NCBI RefSeq assembly: GCF_055900595.2
Contig: NZ_CM148325.1
DNA: 64,000 bases
Strand: one strand, 5' to 3'
The notes under the pieces are model-generated. The model was not told where the DNA came from. It saw only the letters and a list, made by a program, of their open reading frames with translations, and searched no databases. Of this stretch, positions 21,878 to 32,865 are shown piece after piece; the first letter of the stretch is position 1; each line of letters begins with the position of its first letter. Made by a program: the position numbers and the translations under genes.

Positions 21878-22013
21878 TATTGCGCTTTTTTTATGCTTTT
21901 TTTGGCTTTTCTTCCTCAGATAAATCATTTCGACTCGCGGGCCACCTCTGTCAGACTGACCGAATTGTTATCAATGTTAACAAAACAAGAACAATTGGTT
22001 ATAAGGAGAGAGT

Positions 22014-22589
22014 ATGCGTGTCATCACCCTGGCGGGTAGTCCTCGCTTTCCTTCTCGCTCCAGCTCCTTGCTGGAATATGCGCGGGAAAAACTGAATGGC
22101 CTGGATGTAGAGGTTTATCACTGGAATCTGCAAAACTTCGCCCCGGAAGATCTGCTCTATGCCCGTTTCGATAGTCCGGCGCTAAAAACCTTCACCGAAC
22201 AATTGCAACAGGCCGATGGGTTGATTGTCGCCACGCCAGTGTATAAAGCCGCCTATTCCGGAACGCTGAAAACCCTGCTCGACCTGCTGCCTGAACGCGC
22301 TTTGCAAGGCAAAGTGGTGCTGCCGCTGGCAACGGGCGGCACGGTGGCCCATCTGCTGGCAGTCGATTACGCACTTAAACCGGTTTTAAGCGCACTGAAA
22401 GCCCAGGAGATCCTGCACGGCGTATTTGCCGATGACTCGCAGGTGATTGATTACCACCACAAACCCCAGTTCACGCCAAATCTGCAAACCCGTCTTGATA
22501 CCGCGCTAGAAACTTTCTGGCAGGCACTTCACCGCCGTGATGTTCAGGTTCCTGACCTTCTTTCTCTGCGAGGTAATGCCCATGCGTAA
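22014..22589 (+). CDS. ssuE: NADPH-dependent FMN reductase SsuE
   Basis: 191-aa ORF MRVITLAGSPRFPSRSSSLLEYAREKLNGLDVEVYHWNLQNF...; first gene of ssuEADCB. Confidence 0.93.
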   Translation: MRVITLAGSPRFPSRSSSLLEYAREKLNGLDVEVYHWNLQNFAPEDLLYARFDSPALKTFTEQLQQADGLIVATPVYKAAYSGTLKTLLDLLPERALQGKVVLPLATGGTVAHLLAVDYALKPVLSALKAQEILHGVFADDSQVIDYHHKPQFTPNLQTRLDTALETFWQALHRRDVQVPDLLSLRGNAHA

Positions 22590-23541
22590 CATCATTAAAC
22601 TGGCGCTTGCGGGATTGCTTAGCGTCTCTACACTCGCAGTTGCCGCGGAATCTTCGCCAGAAGCGTTAAGGATTGGCTATCAGAAAAGCAATATCAGTTC
22701 GGTACTGGCGAAAAATTACCAAATGCTGGAAAAACGCTATCCGCAAACAAAAATCTCGTGGGTGGAGTTCCCGGCTGGCCCACAGATGCTGGAGGCGTTA
22801 AACGTTGGCAGTATCGATCTCGGCAGTACCGGGGATATTCCGCCAATCTTTGCCCAGGCTGCCGGGGCTGATTTGGTATACGTGGGCGTCGAGCCACCGA
22901 AGCCCAAAGCCGAAGTGATTCTGGTGGCAGAAAACAGCCCGATCAAAACCGTAGCCGATCTTAAAGGTCACAAAGTTGCCTTTCAGAAAGGTTCCAGTTC
23001 GCACAATCTTTTACTGCGAGCCCTTCGCCAGGCCGGGCTTAAATTCACGGATATTCAGCCCACTTACCTGACGCCTGCCGATGCCCGCGCCGCGTTCCAG
23101 CAAGGTAACGTTGACGCCTGGGCTATCTGGGATCCCTACTACTCCGCTGCATTATTACAGGGCGGCGTGCGGGTGCTGAAAGATGGCACCGGTCTCAATC
23201 AAACAGGATCGTTTTATCTGGCTGCCCGTCCGTATGCAGAAAAAAACGGCGCTTTTATTCAGGGCGTGCTGGCAACCTTTAGTGAGGCCGATGCGTTAAC
23301 CCGCAGTCAGCGTAAGCAAAGCATCGCTTTACTGGCAAAAACAATGGGTTTACCGGCACCGGTGATTGCCTCTTACTTAGATCATCGCCCTCCTACCACC
23401 ATCAAACCAGTTAACGCCGACGTTGCCGCCTTACAGCAGCAAACGGCAGATCTGTTTTATGAAAACCGTCTGGTACCGAAAAAAGTCGATATCCGCCAGC
23501 GCATCTGGCAGCCCACTCAACTGGAAGGAAAACAATTATGA
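22582..23541 (+). CDS. ssuA: Aliphatic sulfonate ABC transporter periplasmic binding protein SsuA
   Basis: ATG 22582 [37 protein letters not shown]... (319 aa) with signal peptide; overlaps ssuE end by 8 bp. Confidence 0.93.
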   Translation: MRNIIKLALAGLLSVSTLAVAAESSPEALRIGYQKSNISSVLAKNYQMLEKRYPQTKISWVEFPAGPQMLEALNVGSIDLGSTGDIPPIFAQAAGADLVYVGVEPPKPKAEVILVAENSPIKTVADLKGHKVAFQKGSSSHNLLLRALRQAGLKFTDIQPTYLTPADARAAFQQGNVDAWAIWDPYYSAALLQGGVRVLKDGTGLNQTGSFYLAARPYAEKNGAFIQGVLATFSEADALTRSQRKQSIALLAKTMGLPAPVIASYLDHRPPTTIKPVNADVAALQQQTADLFYENRLVPKKVDIRQRIWQPTQLEGKQL

Positions 23542-24683
23542 GTCTGAATATGTTCTGGTTTTTACCGACCCACGGTGACGGACATTACCTGGGAACGGAA
23601 GAAGGTTCACGCCTGGTTGATCATGATTATCTGCAACAAATTGCGCAAGCGGCGGATCGTCTGGGCTATACCGGTGTGCTAATTCCAACGGGGCGCTCCT
23701 GCGAAGATGCGTGGCTGGTGGCAGCGTCAATGATCCCGGTGACGCAGCGGCTGAAGTTTCTTGTCGCCCTGCGCCCCAGTGTGACATCGCCTACCGTTGC
23801 CGCCCGCCAGGCCGCCACGCTTGACCGTCTCTCTAACGGACGCGCGTTGTTTAACCTGGTCACAGGCAGCGATCCACAAGAGCTGGCAGGCGACGGCGTG
23901 TTCCTTGATCATAGCGAGCGTTACGAAGCCTCGGCAGAATTTACCCAGGTCTGGCGGCGGTTGTTGCTTGGCGAGACAGTGGATTTCAACGGCAAACATA
24001 TTCATGTGCGCGGAGCCAAACTGCTCTTCCCGCCGATTCAACAGCCCTATCCTCCGCTTTACTTTGGCGGCTCGTCAGACGTCGCCCAGGAGCTGGCGGC
24101 AGAACAAGTTGATCTCTACCTCACCTGGGGCGAACCGCCGGAACTGGTTAAAGAGAAAATCGAACACGTGCGGGCGAAAGCTGCCGCGCATGGACGCAAA
24201 ATTCGTTTCGGTATTCGTCTGCATGTGATTGTTCGTGAAACCAACGACGAAGCGTGGCAGGCCGCCGAGCGGTTAATCTCGCATCTTGATGATGAGACCA
24301 TCGCCAAAGCACAAGCCGCGTTTGCCCGCACCGATTCCGTGGGGCAGCAGCGAATGGCGGCGCTACATAACGGCAAGCGCGACAATCTGGAGATCAGCCC
24401 CAATTTATGGGCGGGCGTTGGCTTAGTGCGCGGCGGTGCCGGGACGGCGTTGGTGGGCGATGGTCCGACGGTCGCCGCGCGAATCAACGAATACGCTGCG
24501 CTTGGCATCGACAGCTTTGTGCTTTCTGGTTATCCGCATCTGGAAGAAGCGTATCGGGTCGGCGAGTTGTTGTTCCCACATCTGGATATTGCCATTCCGG
24601 AAATTCCCCAGCCACAACCGCTGAATCCGCAAGGCGAAGCGGTGGCGAATGATTTTATCCCCCGTAAAGTCGCGCAAAGCTAA
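23538..24683 (+). CDS. ssuD: FMNH2-dependent alkanesulfonate monooxygenase SsuD
   Basis: 381-aa [55 protein letters not shown]... Confidence 0.95.
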   Translation: MSLNMFWFLPTHGDGHYLGTEEGSRLVDHDYLQQIAQAADRLGYTGVLIPTGRSCEDAWLVAASMIPVTQRLKFLVALRPSVTSPTVAARQAATLDRLSNGRALFNLVTGSDPQELAGDGVFLDHSERYEASAEFTQVWRRLLLGETVDFNGKHIHVRGAKLLFPPIQQPYPPLYFGGSSDVAQELAAEQVDLYLTWGEPPELVKEKIEHVRAKAAAHGRKIRFGIRLHVIVRETNDEAWQAAERLISHLDDETIAKAQAAFARTDSVGQQRMAALHNGKRDNLEISPNLWAGVGLVRGGAGTALVGDGPTVAARINEYAALGIDSFVLSGYPHLEEAYRVGELLFPHLDIAIPEIPQPQPLNPQGEAVANDFIPRKVAQS

Positions 24684-24694
24684 GGAACAAAATG

Positions 24695-25486
24695 ATGGCA
24701 ACGCCAGTGAAAAAGTGGTTATTGCGCGTTGCCCCCTGGTTTTTACCGGTGGGCATCGTGGCGGTGTGGCAACTGGCCTCCTCGGTTGGCTGGTTGTCGA
24801 CGCGTATTTTGCCCTCACCGGAAGGGGTGGTGACGGCGTTCTGGTCGCTCTCAGCCAGCGGCGAATTGTGGCAACATCTGGCGATCAGCTCCTGGCGGGC
24901 GCTGATTGGTTTTTCAGTTGGCGGATCGCTGGGCTTGATTCTGGGACTGATTAGCGGGCTGTCGCGCTGGGGAGAACGGCTGCTGGATACCTCAATTCAA
25001 ATGTTGCGCAACGTGCCGCATCTGGCGCTGATCCCACTGGTGATTTTGTGGTTTGGCATTGATGAATCCGCGAAAATCTTTCTGGTGGCGCTCGGCACAC
25101 TATTCCCCATTTATATCAACACCTGGCACGGCATCCGTAATATCGATCGCGGTCTGGTGGAGATGGCGCGTAGCTATGGATTATCCGGCATTCCGCTGTT
25201 TATCCATGTGATCCTGCCTGGTGCCCTGCCCTCAATTATGGTCGGCGTACGTTTTGCGTTGGGCCTGATGTGGCTGACGCTGATTGTTGCCGAAACTATT
25301 TCTGCCAATTCCGGCATTGGTTATCTGGCGATGAATGCACGGGAGTTTTTGCAAACGGATGTGGTGGTAGTCGCCATTATTCTCTACGCCCTGCTCGGCA
25401 AACTTGCTGACGTCAGCGCGCAGCTGTTAGAGCGCCTCTGGCTGCGCTGGAATCCGGCTTATCATTTGAAGGAGGCCACGGTATGA
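24695..25486 (+). CDS. ssuC: Aliphatic sulfonate ABC transporter permease SsuC
   Basis: [27 protein letters not shown]... (263 aa from second ATG; ORF track starts one codon earlier at 24692). Confidence 0.9.
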   Translation: MATPVKKWLLRVAPWFLPVGIVAVWQLASSVGWLSTRILPSPEGVVTAFWSLSASGELWQHLAISSWRALIGFSVGGSLGLILGLISGLSRWGERLLDTSIQMLRNVPHLALIPLVILWFGIDESAKIFLVALGTLFPIYINTWHGIRNIDRGLVEMARSYGLSGIPLFIHVILPGALPSIMVGVRFALGLMWLTLIVAETISANSGIGYLAMNAREFLQTDVVVVAIILYALLGKLADVSAQLLERLWLRWNPAYHLKEATV

Positions 25487-26250
25487 ATACTGCTCGTCTG
25501 AACCAGGGCACACCCTTGTTACTCAATGCAGTAAGCAAACATTACGCGGAAAATATCGTCCTGAACCAACTGGATTTACATATTCCCGCAGGTCAGTTTG
25601 TGGCGGTGGTGGGCCGCAGCGGTGGTGGCAAAAGTACCCTGCTGCGCCTGCTGGCAGGTCTGGAAACGCCAACCGCAGGCGATGTGTTAGCGGGGACCAC
25701 ACCGCTAGCTGAGATTCAGGAAGACACGCGAATGATGTTTCAGGATGCGCGTCTGCTACCGTGGAAATCGGTGATTGATAACGTTGGGCTGGGCCTTAAA
25801 GGCCAGTGGCGCGATGCCGCGCGTCGGGCGCTGGCTGCGGTAGGGCTGGAGAATCGCGCGCGGGAATGGCCTGCTGCACTTTCTGGCGGGCAGAAACAGC
25901 GTGTGGCGCTGGCAAGAGCGTTGATTCATCGACCGGGTTTATTATTGCTTGATGAACCGCTCGGGGCGCTGGACGCCCTGACTCGGCTCGAGATGCAGGA
26001 TTTGATTGTGTCACTTTGGCAGGAGCACGGCTTTACCGTACTGTTGGTGACGCATGATGTGAGCGAAGCGGTAGCAATGGCGGACCGGGTGTTGTTAATT
26101 GAAGAGGGAAAAATTGGTCTGGATTTGACGGTGGATATCCCCCGTCCGCGCCGGTTAGGGTCGGTGAGATTAGCGGAGCTGGAAGCGGAAGTGTTGCAAC
26201 GGGTGATGCAGCGTGGGCACTCTGAACAACCGATTCGGCGTCATGGTTAA
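25483..26250 (+). CDS. ssuB: Aliphatic sulfonate ABC transporter ATP-binding protein SsuB
   Basis: 255-aa ORF with Walker [10 protein letters not shown] and signature LSGGQKQR; start overlaps ssuC stop. Confidence 0.93.
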   Translation: MNTARLNQGTPLLLNAVSKHYAENIVLNQLDLHIPAGQFVAVVGRSGGGKSTLLRLLAGLETPTAGDVLAGTTPLAEIQEDTRMMFQDARLLPWKSVIDNVGLGLKGQWRDAARRALAAVGLENRAREWPAALSGGQKQRVALARALIHRPGLLLLDEPLGALDALTRLEMQDLIVSLWQEHGFTVLLVTHDVSEAVAMADRVLLIEEGKIGLDLTVDIPRPRRLGSVRLAELEAEVLQRVMQRGHSEQPIRRHG

Positions 26251-26252
26251 TA

Positions 26253-26452
26253 TGCCGGATGTGGCGCACAAAACCAGCGGTTTCAACGGATTGTAGGCCT
26301 GATAAGACGCGTCAAGCGTCGCATCAGGCATTTGGGCACGGCTGCCGGATGCGGCGTGAACGCCTTATCCAGCCTACAAAACCAGCATTTTCAACGGACT
26401 TGTAGGCCTGATAAGACGCGTCAAGCGTCGCATCCGGCATTTGGGCTCAAAA
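26253..26452. repeat. REP/BIME cluster (several REP units) between ssuB and pepN
   Basis: Near-identical 50-bp units GGA(T/C)TTGTAGGCCTGATAAGACGCGTCAAGCGTCGCATC(A/C)GGCATTTGGGC at 26299-26348 and 26395-26445 plus GCCGGATGCGGCGTGAACGCCTTATCCAGCCTAC; classic REP palindromes. Confidence 0.75.
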
Positions 26453-26455
26453 GTA

Positions 26456-29068
26456 TCAAGCCAGTGCTTTAGTTATCTTCTCGTACAGATCGCCAGAGAG
26501 ATTTTCCAGCCCTTTCAACTGCTCCAGCGCCGCGCGCATTTTCTCCTGACGTTTGGCATCGTAACGCTTCAGGCGAATCAGCGGTTCAATCAGACGTGAA
26601 GCCACCTGCGGGTTACGGCTGTTGAGGTCGGTAAGCATTTCCACCAGGAACTGGTAACCGCTACCATCTTCGGCATGGAACGCTGCCGGGTTGCTGCCCG
26701 CAAACGCGCCAATCAACGAACGAATGCGGTTCGGGTTGCTCATGGTAAATGAGCGATGCTGCAACAGACCACGCACCGTCTCCAGCACATTCGCCGCCGG
26801 GCTGGTGGCTTGCAGGATAAACCATTTATCCATCACCAGACCATCCTGATGCCACTTGTCGTCGTACTCCTGCATCAGCGCGTCACGGCATGGCAGCTGT
26901 GCAGCAACCGCCGCAGAAAGCGCGGCCAGCGCATCGGTCATATTGTTTGCTGCATGGTACTGCTTGCTCACCAGCACGTCAGCCAGATGCGTTTCACCAA
27001 AAGCGAGGAAGCGCAGGCAGGCATTACGCAGAGTGCGTTTTGCAATATCTTCATGCTCAACGCGGTACTCGCTCTGATAATTTGCGTTATAAATAGCCAG
27101 CAGCTCATCCGCCAGTTCAGTCGCCAGAGTACGGGTAAGTGCTTCGCGTACTTCGGCAATAGCAATCGGATCGATGATATCGAACAGCTCCGCCATTTCA
27201 TTGACGGATGGCAGCGTCAGAATTTCTGCCGCCAGTGCCGGGTCAATCTTCTCATCCAGCAGCACCGCGCGGAAAGCATCGGCAACGTGTGCGGGTAAAG
27301 ACAATGGTTGACCTTGCTGATGACGGGCGACGTTCAGTTTGATGTAGGTTGCCAGCAAACTTTGTGCCGCATCCCAGCGGGAGAAATCATTACGCGCATG
27401 GCGCATCAGGAAGGTCAGTTGCTGATCGCTCCACTTATATTCCAGTTTCACTGGCGCAGAGAATTCGCACAGCAGTGCGGGCACCGGCTGGAAGTAGACA
27501 TTATCAAAGACAAAGGTCTGTTCCGCCTGGGTGACGTTCAGCACCGAATTGACCGGATGACCGCCTTTCTGCAACGGGATCACTTTGCCTTCGTTATCAT
27601 ACAGTTCGATGGCAAACGGAATATGCAGCGGCTGTTTTTCTGCCTGATCCGGCGTAGCTGGCGTGCGCTGGCTGATGGTCAGGGTGTACTGCTCAGTTTC
27701 TGGATTGTAGTCGTCTTTGACGGTCACAATCGGCGTACCGGACTGGCTGTACCAACGGCGGAAATGGGAGAGATCGACATTTGACGCATCTTCCATCGCC
27801 TGAACAAAGTCGTCGCAGGTTGCCGCACTGCCATCATGGCGCTCGAAATAGAGCTGCATCCCTTTCTGGAAGTTTTCTTCGCCCAGCAGAGTGTGGATCA
27901 TGCGAATCACTTCCGCGCCCTTCTCATAAACGGTCAGGGTGTAGAAGTTGTTCATTTCAATAACCATATCCGGGCGGATCGGGTGCGCCATCGGGCTGGC
28001 GTCTTCCGCAAACTGCAATCCGCGCATGGTGCGCACGTTGTTGATACGGTTTACCGCGCGGGAACCAAGGTCAGAGCTGAATTCCTGATCGCGGAAGACG
28101 GTTAAACCTTCTTTCAGGCTGAGCTGGAACCAGTCGCGACAGGTCACACGGTTACCGGTCCAGTTGTGGAAATATTCGTGACCAATAACGCGCTCAATAT
28201 CGAGATAATCTTTATCGGTCGCGGTATCGGTGCGCGCCAGTACATACTTAGAGTTAAAGATGTTAAGACCTTTATTCTCCATTGCGCCCATATTGAAGAA
28301 ATCCACCGCGACTATCATATAGATGTCGAGGTCATACTCCAGACCGAAGCGTTCTTCATCCCACTTCATGGAATTTTTCAGCGAGGTCATCGCCCACGGT
28401 GCACGGTCGAGATTACCACGATCAACATACAGCTCCAGCGCCACTTCGCGACCAGAACGCGTGGTGAAGGTGTCGCGCAGTACATCAAAGTCACCTGCCA
28501 CCAGCGCAAACAGGTAGCACGGTTTCGGGAACGGGTCCTGCCATTGTACCCAGTGGCGTCCATTTTCCAGTTCGCCTTGCGCAACGCGGTTACCGTTGGA
28601 AAGCAGGAACGGGTATTTGGTTTTATCGGCAATAATTTTGGTGGTAAAACGCGCCAGCACGTCCGGGCGGTCGAGATAATACGTAATATGGCGGAAACCT
28701 TCGGCTTCACACTGGGTGCAAAGCGCATCGCCTGACTGATAAAGCCCTTCCAGCGCAGTATTCGCCGCTGGGCTAATTTCATTAACGATCTTGAGCGTAA
28801 AACGCTCCGGCAAATTACTGATGACCAGTGCGCCCTCTTCTTCTTTCCAGGCGGTCCACGGCTCATCATTAATATGAACAGAAACCAGTTTAAGATCTTC
28901 GCCATCAAGACGAAGCGGAGCATCTGATGCACCATGACGGACAGCCTGGCTGACCGCGGTAACGACCGTCTTTTGCGCGTCCAGGTCAAAGGTCAAGTCA
29001 ATATCAGTAATCTGGTAATCCGGCGCACGATAATCGTGACGGTATTTGGCTTGTGGCTGTTGAGTCAT
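26456..29068 (-). CDS. pepN: Aminopeptidase N
   Basis: 870-aa ORF MTQQPQAKYRHDYRAPDYQITDIDLTFDLDAQKT...; M1 zinc motif HEYFHNWTG and GAMEN motif present. Confidence 0.95.
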   Translation of the reverse strand: MTQQPQAKYRHDYRAPDYQITDIDLTFDLDAQKTVVTAVSQAVRHGASDAPLRLDGEDLKLVSVHINDEPWTAWKEEEGALVISNLPERFTLKIVNEISPAANTALEGLYQSGDALCTQCEAEGFRHITYYLDRPDVLARFTTKIIADKTKYPFLLSNGNRVAQGELENGRHWVQWQDPFPKPCYLFALVAGDFDVLRDTFTTRSGREVALELYVDRGNLDRAPWAMTSLKNSMKWDEERFGLEYDLDIYMIVAVDFFNMGAMENKGLNIFNSKYVLARTDTATDKDYLDIERVIGHEYFHNWTGNRVTCRDWFQLSLKEGLTVFRDQEFSSDLGSRAVNRINNVRTMRGLQFAEDASPMAHPIRPDMVIEMNNFYTLTVYEKGAEVIRMIHTLLGEENFQKGMQLYFERHDGSAATCDDFVQAMEDASNVDLSHFRRWYSQSGTPIVTVKDDYNPETEQYTLTISQRTPATPDQAEKQPLHIPFAIELYDNEGKVIPLQKGGHPVNSVLNVTQAEQTFVFDNVYFQPVPALLCEFSAPVKLEYKWSDQQLTFLMRHARNDFSRWDAAQSLLATYIKLNVARHQQGQPLSLPAHVADAFRAVLLDEKIDPALAAEILTLPSVNEMAELFDIIDPIAIAEVREALTRTLATELADELLAIYNANYQSEYRVEHEDIAKRTLRNACLRFLAFGETHLADVLVSKQYHAANNMTDALAALSAAVAAQLPCRDALMQEYDDKWHQDGLVMDKWFILQATSPAANVLETVRGLLQHRSFTMSNPNRIRSLIGAFAGSNPAAFHAEDGSGYQFLVEMLTDLNSRNPQVASRLIEPLIRLKRYDAKRQEKMRAALEQLKGLENLSGDLYEKITKALA

Positions 29069-29286
29069 AAATAACCTTTAGCATCTTTTATAGAGTCTGG
29101 TGTTCAGTCTATTCCTGTTGCGTAAATCGCGCTATGCAGAATCTTCATCTTTTCAGGTACAAACGCCTTTATTGCTACATTTTTATAACATACGCAGCGC
29201 AATACCATCGACCAGAAAGGTGACATATGGTGTGATCGGGGTTCAATAAATTACGAAACAAGGTATACTCCAGCAGTTCCTGAAGA

Positions 29287-29304
29287 TGTTTATTGTACTA
29301 AACG
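29287..29304. promoter_or_regulatory. Putative NadR operator upstream of pncB
   Basis: TGTTTA-ttgtac-TAAACg matches the NadR box consensus TGTTTA-N6-TAAACA; 30 bp upstream of the pncB ATG. Confidence 0.5.
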
Positions 29305-29333
29305 CTCCTGTACGAGGACGCTACTGCGCACCT

Positions 29334-30536
29334 ATGACACAATTCGCTTCTCCTGTTCTGCACTCGTTGCTGGATACAGATGCTTATAAGTTGCATATGC
29401 AGCAAGCCGTGTTTCATCACTATTACGATGTGCATGTCGCGGCGGAGTTTCGTTGCCGAGGTGACGATCTGCTGGGTATTTATGCCGATGCTATTCGTGA
29501 ACAGGTTCAGGCGATGCAGCACCTGCGCCTGCAGGATGATGAATATCAGTGGCTCTCTGCCCTGCCTTTCTTTAAGGCCGACTATCTTAACTGGCTACGC
29601 GAATTCCGCTTTAACCCGGAACAAGTCACCGTGTCCAATGATAATGGCAAGCTGGATATTCGTTTAAGCGGCCCGTGGCGCGAAGTTATCCTCTGGGAAG
29701 TTCCTTTGCTGGCGGTTATCAGTGAAATGGTGCATCGCTATCGCTCACCGCAGGCTGACGTCGCGCAAGCCCTCGACACGCTGGAAAGCAAATTAGTCGA
29801 CTTCTCGGCATTAACCGCCGATCTTGATATGTCGCGCTTCCATCTGATGGATTTTGGCACCCGCCGACGTTTTTCTCGCGAAGTACAAGAAACCATCGTG
29901 AAACGTCTGCAACAGGAATCCTGGTTCGTAGGCACCAGCAACTACGATCTGGCGCGTCGGCTTTCCCTCACGCCAATGGGAACACAAGCACACGAATGGT
30001 TCCAGGCGCATCAGCAAATCAGTCCGGATCTTGCCAACAGCCAGCGAGCTGCACTTGCTGCCTGGCTGGAAGAGTATCCTGACCAACTTGGCATTGCGTT
30101 AACCGACTGTATTACCATGGATGCTTTCCTGCGAGATTTCGGCGTAGAATTTGCCAGCCGCTATCAGGGCTTGCGTCATGACTCCGGCGACCCGGTTGAA
30201 TGGGGTGAAAAAGCCATTGCACATTATGAGAAGCTGGGAATTGATCCACAGAGTAAAACGCTGGTTTTCTCTGACAATCTGGATTTACGCAAAGCGGTTG
30301 AGCTATACCGCCATTTCTCTTCCCGCGTGCAATTAAGTTTTGGTATTGGGACTCGCCTGACCTGCGATATCCCCCAGGTAAAACCCCTGAATATTGTCAT
30401 TAAGTTGGTTGAGTGTAACGGTAAACCGGTGGCGAAACTTTCTGACAGCCCTGGCAAAACTATCTGCCACGATAAAGCGTTTGTTCGGGCGCTGCGCAAA
30501 GCGTTCGACCTTCCGCATATTAAAAAAGCCAGTTAA
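29334..30536 (+). CDS. pncB: Nicotinate phosphoribosyltransferase
   Basis: ATG 29334 [48 protein letters not shown]... (400 aa); ORF track starts 16 codons upstream. Confidence 0.93.
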   Translation: MTQFASPVLHSLLDTDAYKLHMQQAVFHHYYDVHVAAEFRCRGDDLLGIYADAIREQVQAMQHLRLQDDEYQWLSALPFFKADYLNWLREFRFNPEQVTVSNDNGKLDIRLSGPWREVILWEVPLLAVISEMVHRYRSPQADVAQALDTLESKLVDFSALTADLDMSRFHLMDFGTRRRFSREVQETIVKRLQQESWFVGTSNYDLARRLSLTPMGTQAHEWFQAHQQISPDLANSQRAALAAWLEEYPDQLGIALTDCITMDAFLRDFGVEFASRYQGLRHDSGDPVEWGEKAIAHYEKLGIDPQSKTLVFSDNLDLRKAVELYRHFSSRVQLSFGIGTRLTCDIPQVKPLNIVIKLVECNGKPVAKLSDSPGKTICHDKAFVRALRKAFDLPHIKKAS

Positions 30537-30544
30537 TATCATCA

Positions 30545-30569
30545 GGGAGCTAATCGGCTCCCTTTTTTT
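30545..30569 (+). terminator. Intrinsic terminator of pncB
   Basis: GGGAGCTAATCGGCTCCC stem-loop followed by T7 run. Confidence 0.65.
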
Positions 30570-30704
30570 ACCTTTAATTCCGAAATCTTTCGCTGCATTT
30601 GCGAATTCTGCTTGTCTGATTGCAGATGCCAGGTAACATAGGTATCCCCCCATTTACGGGTGGACAAGTGTTTATTTTTTCCGACTATTAACAGAGAGAA
30701 TATT

Positions 30705-32105
30705 ATGAGCGTTGTGCCTGTAGCCGACGTACTCCAGGGCCGCGTAGCCGTTGACAGCGAAGTCACCGTGCGCGGATGGGTACGTACCCGCCGAGATTCA
30801 AAAGCTGGCATCTCCTTCCTCGCCGTTTATGACGGTTCCTGCTTTGATCCTGTACAGGCTGTCATCAATAATTCTCTGCCCAATTACAATGAAGACGTCT
30901 TGCGTCTGACCACCGGCTGCTCGGTCATTGTGACGGGTAAAGTCGTGGCGTCGCCGGGCCAGGGGCAACAATTTGAAATTCAGGCCAGCAAGGTTGAAGT
31001 TGCTGGTTGGGTTGAAGATCCAGACACTTACCCGATGGCGGCAAAACGCCACAGCATTGAGTATCTGCGTGAAGTCGCTCACCTGCGTCCGCGCACAAAC
31101 CTGATTGGTGCCGTCGCGCGCGTTCGCCATACGCTGGCGCAGGCGCTGCATCGCTTCTTTAACGAGCAGGGATTCTTCTGGGTTTCAACGCCACTGATTA
31201 CTGCGTCTGATACCGAAGGGGCTGGCGAAATGTTCCGCGTTTCTACGCTGGATCTGGAAAACCTGCCGCGTAACGATCAGGGCAAAGTGGATTTCGACAA
31301 AGACTTCTTTGGTAAAGAGTCTTTCCTGACCGTATCTGGCCAGTTGAACGGCGAAACCTACGCTTGCGCATTGTCCAAAATTTATACCTTCGGCCCGACT
31401 TTCCGTGCTGAAAACTCCAACACCAGCCGTCACCTGGCGGAATTCTGGATGCTGGAGCCGGAAGTGGCGTTTGCTAACCTGAACGATATCGCGGGTCTGG
31501 CTGAAGCCATGCTGAAATATGTCTTCAAAGCGGTTCTCGAAGAACGCGCTGACGACATGAAATTCTTCGCTGAACGCGTAGATAAAGATGCCGTTTCACG
31601 TCTGGAACGTTTTATTGAGGCCGACTTCGCTCAGGTGGATTACACCGACGCAGTGACCATTCTCGAAAACTGCGGCAAGAAGTTTGAAAACCCGGTTTAC
31701 TGGGGCGTTGATCTCTCTTCTGAGCATGAACGTTATCTGGCGGAAGAACACTTTAAAGCACCGGTGGTGGTTAAAAACTATCCGAAAGACATTAAAGCGT
31801 TCTATATGCGCCTTAACGAAGACGGTAAAACTGTTGCGGCTATGGATGTTCTGGCTCCGGGCATCGGTGAAATCATTGGTGGTTCTCAGCGTGAAGAGCG
31901 TCTGGACGTGCTGGACGAGCGTATGTTGGAAATGGGCCTGAATAAAGAAGATTACTGGTGGTATCGCGATCTGCGTCGCTACGGTACTGTTCCGCATTCC
32001 GGTTTCGGTCTTGGTTTTGAACGCCTGATTGCTTACGTAACTGGCGTGCAAAACGTGCGTGATGTGATTCCGTTCCCACGTACTCCGCGTAACGCCAGCT
32101 TCTAA
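30705..32105 (+). CDS. asnS: Asparaginyl-tRNA synthetase
   Basis: ATG 30705 [53 protein letters not shown]... (466 aa), class II aaRS. Confidence 0.95.
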   Translation: MSVVPVADVLQGRVAVDSEVTVRGWVRTRRDSKAGISFLAVYDGSCFDPVQAVINNSLPNYNEDVLRLTTGCSVIVTGKVVASPGQGQQFEIQASKVEVAGWVEDPDTYPMAAKRHSIEYLREVAHLRPRTNLIGAVARVRHTLAQALHRFFNEQGFFWVSTPLITASDTEGAGEMFRVSTLDLENLPRNDQGKVDFDKDFFGKESFLTVSGQLNGETYACALSKIYTFGPTFRAENSNTSRHLAEFWMLEPEVAFANLNDIAGLAEAMLKYVFKAVLEERADDMKFFAERVDKDAVSRLERFIEADFAQVDYTDAVTILENCGKKFENPVYWGVDLSSEHERYLAEEHFKAPVVVKNYPKDIKAFYMRLNEDGKTVAAMDVLAPGIGEIIGGSQREERLDVLDERMLEMGLNKEDYWWYRDLRRYGTVPHSGFGLGFERLIAYVTGVQNVRDVIPFPRTPRNASF

Positions 32106-32120
32106 TTTAGCGTCTTCAAG

Positions 32121-32147
32121 AGCCAGCGCCCGCTGGCTCTTTTTTTA
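32121..32147 (+). terminator. Intrinsic terminator of asnS
   Basis: AGCCAGCGCCCGCTGGCT stem followed by CTTTTTTTAT. Confidence 0.7.
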
Positions 32148-32496
32148 TCCTTTCTGTCAAGTTATCTGTTTGTTAAGTCAAGCAATCTATTTGCAACCCC
32201 GCCATAACGATCATCCTGTTACGGAATATTACACTGCAACATTTGCGCACAAAAAATAATCCGCATTCTTATTGCGGATTAGTTTTTTCTTAGCTGATAG
32301 CACAATTTTCATACTATTTTTTGGCGTTCTGGATGTCTGAACGAGGATTTATTGCCAGGTCGATAAAGTTTCCATCAGAAACAAAATTTCCTTTTAGTTA
32401 ATTTAAATATAAGGAAATCATATAAATAGATAAAAATTGCTGTAAATATCATCATGATTCAATGGAAATATGACGGCGTTCACAAAGTTCCTTAAA

Positions 32497-32560
32497 TTTT
32501 ACTTTTAGTTACATATTTTTTCTTTTTGAAACTAAATCTTTATCTTTGTAGCACTTTCAC
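32497..32560. promoter_or_regulatory. OmpR-binding region (F1-F3 boxes) of the ompF promoter
   Basis: TTTTACTTTTAGTTACATATTTTTTCTTTTTGAAACTAAATCTTTATCTTTGTAGCACTTTCAC, tandem TTTAC/GAAAC-type repeats matching the recalled ompF upstream activator sites; ~150-210 bp upstream of the ompF ATG. Confidence 0.55.
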
Positions 32561-32741
32561 GGTAGCGAAACGTTAGTTTGAATGGAAAGATGCCTGCAGA
32601 CACATAAAGACACCAAACTCTCATCAATAGTTCCGTAAATTTTTATTGACAGAACTTATTGACGGCAGTGGCAGGTGTCATAAAAAAACCATGAGGGTAA
32701 TAAATAATGATGAAGCGCAATATTCTGGCAGTGATCGTCCC

Positions 32742-32750
32742 TGCTCTGTT
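32742..32750. repeat. IS10 target-site duplication, left copy (TGCTCTGTT)
   Basis: 9-bp direct repeat identical to 34080-34088 and immediately flanking the IS10 termini; 9 bp is the IS10/Tn10 TSD length. Confidence 0.85.
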
Positions 32751-32796
32751 CTGATGAATCCCCTAATGATTTTGGTAAAAATCATTAAGTTAAGGT

Positions 32797-32865
32797 GGAT
32801 ACACATCTTGTCATATGATCAAATGGTTTCGCCAAAAATCAATAATCAGACAACAAAATGTGCGA
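32797..32865 (-). ncRNA. IS10 antisense RNA-OUT (pOUT transcript), predicted position
   Basis: Position inferred from established IS10 organisation (RNA-OUT ~69 nt, from about bp 115 outward to bp 47, overlapping the transposase start at bp 108, which here is 32858); not independently verified by folding. Confidence 0.45.
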
